Sequence record: MH992122.1
DNA length: 64,000 bases
From: Escherichia phage OLB35
Strand: one strand, 5' to 3'
Shown: one piece after another, positions 57,467 through 64,000 of the stretch
How the letters are laid out: every line of letters starts with the position of its first letter
How positions within the stretch are numbered: the first letter of the stretch is position 1
Position numbers and translations under genes: made by a program
Notes under the pieces: generated by a model
The model's input: only the letters and a program-made list of their open reading frames with translations
Told to the model about the DNA's origin: nothing
Database searches by the model: none

Positions 57467-58330
57467 ATGTATATTCAAACTCCAAAACAATTGATTGACG
57501 TTGGCGAAATTGGTAACGCTTCTACAGGCGATATCCTTTTTGACGGCGGTGTTAAAATAAACAATGATATAAATGCTATTTACAATGCGTTTGGTGACCA
57601 ACGAAAAATGGCAACTGCTAATGGGACAGGACCAAATGGACAAATAATCCATGCTACTGGATACTACCAAAAAGGAGGTCCTACTGATTATTTCACCCCT
57701 GTTCCAGTAGGAAGTAGACACGACATAGATGCTTCTACCGGTGGTGTTATTGTTACTGTTGCTAGAGGTGAACTCGGCGATTCCGTGGAATTTATAAATT
57801 CAAACGGGTCAATTTCGGTAAACAACCCATTAAGTATCCAAGCATTAGATTCTATTAAAGGTGTTGCAGGTAATTTAGTTATAACTACACCTTATACTAA
57901 AGTTACTCTTCGTTGTATTTCTTCTGGTGCAGGCGGTTCAATATGGGATTATTCTACAGAAAGTATGTTTAGTCATACCGAAATTCCTGTAGACGGGACA
58001 TGGAATATTATTTCAGACTATGTCAATATTCCTCTATTTTATAAAACTGAATATAATGCTGCTAAACTTTTGGTTACATGCCAATCTGCCAATGGCAGAA
58101 AAATTAAATCATGCGAAATAAATATTCTAATAGATACAATTAATTCAAGAGTTATTTCAACCGAATACGCAGTGATGCGCGTTGGTAATGATAACGAAGA
58201 AGATGAAATTGCGAATATTAGTTTTTCGATAATTAACAATTTTGCCACTATGACAGTTTCTTCACGTATAAATGGTCTTCGAGTGGCAGCTAAAGTTATT
58301 TCAACTCAGAAAATTAGGGTCGCTCAATAA
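57467..58330 (+). CDS. 9: Baseplate protein gp9 (long tail fibre socket)
   Basis: 287 aa; MYIQTPKQLIDVGEIGNASTGDILFDGG...; synteny. Confidence 0.88.
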   Translation: MYIQTPKQLIDVGEIGNASTGDILFDGGVKINNDINAIYNAFGDQRKMATANGTGPNGQIIHATGYYQKGGPTDYFTPVPVGSRHDIDASTGGVIVTVARGELGDSVEFINSNGSISVNNPLSIQALDSIKGVAGNLVITTPYTKVTLRCISSGAGGSIWDYSTESMFSHTEIPVDGTWNIISDYVNIPLFYKTEYNAAKLLVTCQSANGRKIKSCEINILIDTINSRVISTEYAVMRVGNDNEEDEIANISFSIINNFATMTVSSRINGLRVAAKVISTQKIRVAQ

Positions 58331-60144
58331 TGAAACAAAATATTAAAATTGGGAACGTCGTTGATGACGGACAAGGCGATTACCTTCGTCGTGGTGGTGC
58401 AAAAATTAATGAAAACTTTGATGAGTTGTATTATGAATTAGGCGATGGCGAAGTTCCATATTCCGCTGGTGCCTGGAAAACATACCATTCTTCAGATGGA
58501 CTTAATTTAGCTGCTGAATGGGGTAAATCATACGCAATTGATACTTCAACAGGGCGTGTTTCTATAAATTTACCTAAAGGAACAGTGGAAGATTATAATA
58601 AAGTAATTAGAGCCCGTGATGTATTCGCCACATGGAATATTAACCCTGTAACATTAATTGCTGCCAGTGGTGATACTATTAAAGGTTCTTCTAGCCCAGT
58701 AGAAATCAATGTGCAGTTTTCAGACTTAGAATTAGTTTACTGTTCTCCTGGACGCTGGGAATACGTTAAAAATAAACAAATAGACAAAATTACTAGTTCT
58801 GATATTAGTAGTGTAGCTCGTAAAGAATTTTTAGTCGAAGTTCAAGGTCAAACTGATTTTCTTGATGTATTTGGGTCTGTTTCTTATAATGTGAATAATA
58901 TCCGTGTAAAACATCGTGGTAACGAATTATACTACGGTGATGCGTTCAGTGACAATAGCGACTTTGGTTCTCCAGGAGCTAATCCTGGAGAAATCGTTGC
59001 ATTAGATGGTAAAAACATCCGTTTAAGACAACCATGTAATATTGGCGACACCGTACAAATTGAAACCTTTTTGGATGGGATTACACAATTACGCAGTTCT
59101 TATTCTCGCCGCCAAATACGTATTTTAGATTCAAAATTAACAACCCGTCCTTCCTTAGAAGGAAGTGTATATGTCGCTGATTTGTCAACTTTGAAATCTA
59201 TTCCTTTTTCCGCATTTGGAGTTAATCCTTCAGAACCGGTCAATACCAATTCTTTAGAAGTTCGTTTTAACGGTATTCTTCAAGAATTAGCTGGTACTGT
59301 TGGTTTACCTATGTTCAGATGTGAAGGAGCTGACGCAGAAACTTCTACTGAGTGTTCAGCTTTAGGTGGGACTTGGGTTACATCTAACACAGATTATTCT
59401 ATTGAATATGATGATAACGATGCAACTATCGCACGTGCTTTAGTCTTTGACCGTAAGTTTGAAGACCAAGACATTATTGATATTACATGGTTTAATAACG
59501 ATTTAGGCACTTTATTAAGTATCGATGACATTTTAGATACAACTGATGAAAGGTATGTCGCACAAGGTGCAACCGTAAATGTGACAGGCGATGTGGCTTT
59601 GACCGATTTCAATAATATCGGATGGCCTAATGTAGAACCTGTTCCGACATATAGCAGGGAATTCTCGTCTATTGCAAATATTTTTAACACTATTTACCCT
59701 GTCGGTACTATTTACGAAAATGCAGTGAACCCTAATAACCCAGCCACATATTTAGGATTTGGCTCTTGGAAATTATGGGGACAAGGAAAAGTATTAGTTG
59801 GATGGAACGACGATATTAGCGATCCTAATTTTGCATTAAATAATAACGACCTTGATTCTAGCGGGAATCCTACACATACCGCCGGTGGAACAGTCGGAAC
59901 AACGTCTAACACACTAACTAATTCTGATTTACCTCCTACTCAAACTGACGAGAAAGTTCTTATTTCCGATGAGAACGGTACAATTATTATTGGTGGTTGT
60001 CAATATGACCCTGATGCGGAAGGTCCTATATACACCAAATACCGTGAAGGCCACGCCACAACGAATAGTACACACGTACCGCCTCAAGCTGTAAATAATA
60101 TTCAACCGTCAATTACCGTATACCGTTGGGTAAGGATTGCATAA
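58330..60144 (+). CDS. 10: Baseplate wedge / short-tail-fibre attachment protein gp10
   Basis: 604 aa; synteny 9-10-11. Confidence 0.88.
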   Translation: MKQNIKIGNVVDDGQGDYLRRGGAKINENFDELYYELGDGEVPYSAGAWKTYHSSDGLNLAAEWGKSYAIDTSTGRVSINLPKGTVEDYNKVIRARDVFATWNINPVTLIAASGDTIKGSSSPVEINVQFSDLELVYCSPGRWEYVKNKQIDKITSSDISSVARKEFLVEVQGQTDFLDVFGSVSYNVNNIRVKHRGNELYYGDAFSDNSDFGSPGANPGEIVALDGKNIRLRQPCNIGDTVQIETFLDGITQLRSSYSRRQIRILDSKLTTRPSLEGSVYVADLSTLKSIPFSAFGVNPSEPVNTNSLEVRFNGILQELAGTVGLPMFRCEGADAETSTECSALGGTWVTSNTDYSIEYDDNDATIARALVFDRKFEDQDIIDITWFNNDLGTLLSIDDILDTTDERYVAQGATVNVTGDVALTDFNNIGWPNVEPVPTYSREFSSIANIFNTIYPVGTIYENAVNPNNPATYLGFGSWKLWGQGKVLVGWNDDISDPNFALNNNDLDSSGNPTHTAGGTVGTTSNTLTNSDLPPTQTDEKVLISDENGTIIIGGCQYDPDAEGPIYTKYREGHATTNSTHVPPQAVNNIQPSITVYRWVRIA

Positions 60145-60803
60145 TGACCATACTTAATACTAAAGCGGGAGTAATATCCCGCGAAGCAGATTTTTTAGGA
60201 TTTAGAAAAAATCCTACTCAAATTGATATTTTAAACAACCAAGGCGTAGGTTCTGTAACTATTTCTCAATTGGCAAAAGGATTCTACGATGATAACGTGG
60301 AATCTGCAATAAACGATGTTCATAATATTGCTAGAGCAGATGTAGGAACAGTTACAATTAACACCTCAGGTGTATCTCCTGAAGGAACTTCACAGGTAGA
60401 TTATTGGTCCTTTAGTGGAAGTGTAACTGACCCTAGTTTGCCCGATGGAAGCCCTGTTATTGTAAAAGTTTACGGGCTTCCTGTTAACGCTACTGTAGGT
60501 ATGACAGCCGACGAATTTGTTGTACAATTACGTACTACTCTCCGGAATGCGATTTCCGACCAATTGGCTATTGCAGAGTATAAAGATGACCCTACTGTTG
60601 GGACTAAATTACAAATAACATATTTAGATAACCAAAGACACATACTCCCAACGTATTCCGCTTATGGTATCACGGTTTCTCAAGAAATAGTGTCTCAGGC
60701 TAAGTCCGGATACGGCACTTGGAATTTACTAGGTGCGCAAACCATTACTCTTGACAACCATACTTCACCTACAACCTTTTATTATTTTGTGAGAAGCGCA
60801 TGA
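60144..60803 (+). CDS. 11: Baseplate wedge protein gp11
   Basis: 219 aa from [20 protein letters not shown]...; ATG overlaps the gene 10 stop (TAATG). Confidence 0.88.
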   Translation: MTILNTKAGVISREADFLGFRKNPTQIDILNNQGVGSVTISQLAKGFYDDNVESAINDVHNIARADVGTVTINTSGVSPEGTSQVDYWSFSGSVTDPSLPDGSPVIVKVYGLPVNATVGMTADEFVVQLRTTLRNAISDQLAIAEYKDDPTVGTKLQITYLDNQRHILPTYSAYGITVSQEIVSQAKSGYGTWNLLGAQTITLDNHTSPTTFYYFVRSA

Positions 60804-62350
60804 GTAACAATACATATCAACACGTTTCGAATGAATCGGTATATGTTGAATTTGACCCTGCAGGGTCAAATTTTGATAGTTCAATAACCAATGTCCAGGC
60901 AGCCTTAGCCTCAATTAGCGCATATGGTGTTAAAGGTGTTCCGGACGCAAGCGAAGCAGAAAAAGGTGTAATTCAATTAGCGACAGAACAAGAAGTTCTT
61001 GATGGATTTAATAGTACTAAAGCCGTTACACCCGCCACATTAAATGCAAGACTTCAGTATCCGAACGCGTCAGAAACACAATACGGTGTAACTAAATATG
61101 CAACACAAGAGGAAGCCATTGCCGGCACTTTAGACACTGTTTCTATTACTCCACTTAAATTAAACCAAACTATTGATAACACGTTCTCTACTCGTTATTC
61201 CACCGAAACAACTAATGGTGTTATTAAAATTGCAACTCAAACCGCTGCACTTGCCGGGTCTGATGATACCACAGCAATGACACCGCTTAAAACTCAGCAA
61301 TTAGCAATAAAATTAATTTCTCAAATAGCTCCTAATAACGACCCGGCTTCAGAATCTATTACCGGTGTTGTGCGTTTAGCTACAGTGGCTCAAACACGTC
61401 AAGGAACTCTTCGCGAAGGATATGCAATTTCCCCGTATACCTTTATGAATTCTGTTGCAACACAAGAATATAAAGGTGTTATACGTCTAGGAACACAAGC
61501 AGAAATTAATAGTAATTTAGGAGATGTTGCTGTAACGGGTGAAACGCTAAATGGTAGAGGAGCTACCGGTTCTATGCGTGGAGTCGTAAAATTAACGTCA
61601 CAGGCCGGTGTTGCACCCGAAGGCGATAGCTCTGGAGCATTAGCATGGAACGCAGATGTAATTAATACACGCGGTGGGCAAACTATTAATGGTTCTTTAA
61701 ATTTAGACCATCTCACAGCAAATGGAATTTGGTCACGTGGCGGAATGTGGAAAAACGGTGACCAGCCGGTTGCAACAGAGCGATATGCATCTGAACGTGT
61801 TCCTGTTGGAACAATTCAAATGTTCGCAGGTGATAGCGCTCCTCCGGGTTGGGTTTTATGTTATGGCGGGACCATTTCTGGAGACCAATTTCCGGACTAT
61901 CGAAATGTGGTTGGAACGAGATTTGGCGGTGATTGGAATAATCCTGGAATTCCAGATATGCGCGGCCTTTTTGTTAGAGGAGCTGGTACAGGTAGCCATA
62001 TTTTAAATAATCGCGGACAAGACGGCTATGGAAAGGATAGATTAGGTGTAGGATGTGACGGCATGCATGTTGGCGGTGTCCAAGCGCAGCAAATGTCATA
62101 TCATAAACACGCTGGTGGATGGGGCGAATATCAACGTCACGAGGCACCATTCGGAGCATCCGTATATCAAGGTTATTTGGGTACTAGAAAATACTCTGAT
62201 TGGGATAATGCGTCGTATTTCACAAATGACGGCTTCGAATTAGGTGGTCACCGTGACGCAACAGGCACTCTTAACCGTGAAGGACTTATCGGATATGAGA
62301 CTCGTCCATGGAATATATCTTTAAATTATATTATTAAAGTCCATTACTAA
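60800..62350 (+). CDS. 12: Short tail fibre protein gp12
   Basis: 516 aa; N-terminal repeats (GV(I/V)(Q/K/R)LAT..) and C-terminal receptor-binding region with His-rich metal site (HKHAGGW). Confidence 0.9.
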   Translation: MSNNTYQHVSNESVYVEFDPAGSNFDSSITNVQAALASISAYGVKGVPDASEAEKGVIQLATEQEVLDGFNSTKAVTPATLNARLQYPNASETQYGVTKYATQEEAIAGTLDTVSITPLKLNQTIDNTFSTRYSTETTNGVIKIATQTAALAGSDDTTAMTPLKTQQLAIKLISQIAPNNDPASESITGVVRLATVAQTRQGTLREGYAISPYTFMNSVATQEYKGVIRLGTQAEINSNLGDVAVTGETLNGRGATGSMRGVVKLTSQAGVAPEGDSSGALAWNADVINTRGGQTINGSLNLDHLTANGIWSRGGMWKNGDQPVATERYASERVPVGTIQMFAGDSAPPGWVLCYGGTISGDQFPDYRNVVGTRFGGDWNNPGIPDMRGLFVRGAGTGSHILNNRGQDGYGKDRLGVGCDGMHVGGVQAQQMSYHKHAGGWGEYQRHEAPFGASVYQGYLGTRKYSDWDNASYFTNDGFELGGHRDATGTLNREGLIGYETRPWNISLNYIIKVHY

Positions 62351-62359
62351 GGGTAAAAA

Positions 62360-63802
62360 ATGATCGAATTAAAAAGTCTACCATACGTTGATGGCCCTCC
62401 TGATGAGGGTCAAAAACGTTTAAACTGGATTAAAAATTCAGAAGAAATAACTGGCGCTGATACGTTATACGGTTCTGAAGGAGTAATGAACCGTCCAATA
62501 ACAGAAGTTCAACGAAATGTAGAAACAATTAACGATAACGTTAAGACTATAGCAGAATCTTTAGATACCGCTAATGCTGATATTGACACAATTAAAAGTA
62601 TCTTGGATGTTTCTGGTGACGTAGATGCTTTAGCACAAATTGGACATAACACTGATGATATTGAAGTATTAAAACACACTGTAAATTCACACGGTGTTGA
62701 TATTTTAAACACTGAAGAAAAACTAGATGATACTATTGCTAATATCGGAGTAGTTAATCCAGAAACAGATTCGGTGTATCGTACGGTGCGTAACGACCTT
62801 CTTTGGATTAAAACCGAATTAGGGCAATATACTGGACAAGATATTAATGGTGTCCCAACCGAAGGTAATGAAAGCACCGGTATGAAACGACGTATTATTA
62901 CTAACAGTTCAGTGTTGGTTGACCAAGGCGTTCGTTTAACCGAGTTAGAAAATAAATTTGCCGATTCTGATGTTGGGGCTCTGACAACCGAAGTTGAAAA
63001 CCTCCGTCAAGAAATAGGTCCTAGACCATCGTTAACAGTACCGGTTTACACTCGTTTATCCGGTATTGATTCATCCATTTCTATCCAAACTAGAGATATT
63101 GCGGCATTAAAAGATTTTGTTGGATATCCTAATTCAACCGCTATTAAAACTCAAGTCGAGGCCAATAGTCTTTCTATATCAACAATAAATTCAGTCATTA
63201 ACTCGACTGGCGGTATTAAACCACGTTTGACAACGTTAGAAACTACTATAGGCTCTCCAGATTTACCAACTACTCTTCAGGGTAAGATCAAATTAAATAC
63301 CGATTCCATTTCAGGTATTAACACAGTTTTAGGTGTTGATTCTTCTAGTGGTTTACGTTTTAACGTAGCATGGCTTAATCAGGTGGTTGGAGTTGATTCA
63401 AACGGTGGACAACCTGAACCGGCTGGTTCACTTTTATATAGGACTCGTATTCTTGAAACTGGTGTTACCGACCTAGGCAATAACATTCAAAACGTTCAAA
63501 CCGAATTGGGAACTAATTCGTCTGGTATTAAAGGACAAGTAACTAGTTTAAATAAACTTATAAGCGGCACCAACCCAAACGGTCAAACCATAGAAGAACG
63601 TGGTATATTGCCAACAGTTAAAAACCACGACACGACAATTACGGATTTAACTACGCGTGTTACCACTTTAGAAACAGACCTTGCTGCAGCAGAAGCAGAA
63701 ATTCAGGCCCTTGAAGAGGCTGGATATATCGAAGATGCTCCTTCAGACGGTAAATTCTATGTTCGTAAAGATGGTGCTTGGGTTGAACTTCCTACAGCTT
63801 AA
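62360..63802 (+). CDS. wac: Fibritin (whisker antigen control) Wac
   Basis: 480 aa coiled-coil protein ending ...EAGYIEDAPSDGKFYVRKDGAWVELPTA (foldon). Confidence 0.9.
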   Translation: MIELKSLPYVDGPPDEGQKRLNWIKNSEEITGADTLYGSEGVMNRPITEVQRNVETINDNVKTIAESLDTANADIDTIKSILDVSGDVDALAQIGHNTDDIEVLKHTVNSHGVDILNTEEKLDDTIANIGVVNPETDSVYRTVRNDLLWIKTELGQYTGQDINGVPTEGNESTGMKRRIITNSSVLVDQGVRLTELENKFADSDVGALTTEVENLRQEIGPRPSLTVPVYTRLSGIDSSISIQTRDIAALKDFVGYPNSTAIKTQVEANSLSISTINSVINSTGGIKPRLTTLETTIGSPDLPTTLQGKIKLNTDSISGINTVLGVDSSSGLRFNVAWLNQVVGVDSNGGQPEPAGSLLYRTRILETGVTDLGNNIQNVQTELGTNSSGIKGQVTSLNKLISGTNPNGQTIEERGILPTVKNHDTTITDLTTRVTTLETDLAAAEAEIQALEEAGYIEDAPSDGKFYVRKDGAWVELPTA

Positions 63803-63808
63803 TGAAAA

Positions 63809-64000
<192 letters not shown>

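Noticed and set aside
48210-63802. Short minus-strand ORFs inside the baseplate genes (e.g. 49603-49791, 50048-50368, 54403-54606, 61399-61716)
   Set aside because: Lie antisense within long, confidently identified structural genes.

Overview
This window is a T4-like (Tevenvirinae, closest to RB69 by the gp43/RegA sequences) myovirus segment. It spans the 5' part of DNA polymerase gene 43 through the early replication/recombination block (regA-62-44-45-46-47-55-nrdG-nrdD-49-nrdC-rI-tk-regB-denV-IPs-e-nudE), a tRNA cluster, 57B/57A-1-3-2-4 on the minus strand, and then the plus-strand baseplate/fibre operon 53-5-5.1-5.4-6-7-8-9-10-11-12-wac-13 (partial). All calls are from reading translations and motifs against remembered T4/RB69 biology; no database search was possible. 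Points worth a second look: (i) several broken reading frames, including a frameshift in the essential polymerase gene at a homopolymer, an in-frame amber codon and an in-frame ochre codon; (ii) PeSL-type promoter/palindrome cassettes with compensatory arm substitutions, and tandem or segmental duplications that carry promoters plus gene ends and gene starts; (iii) an accessory load that looks defence-related: four or more capsid-targeting-sequence internal proteins, a 57B/Acb1 homologue, a pol-beta-type nucleotidyltransferase operon, a macro-like protein, an SLT-like secreted protein, and a paralogous family of small proteins ending in WVSSSxxC; (iv) no glucosyltransferase-sized gene between 47 and 55. 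Coordinates of short ORFs, promoters and terminators are hand-derived and may be off by a few bases.
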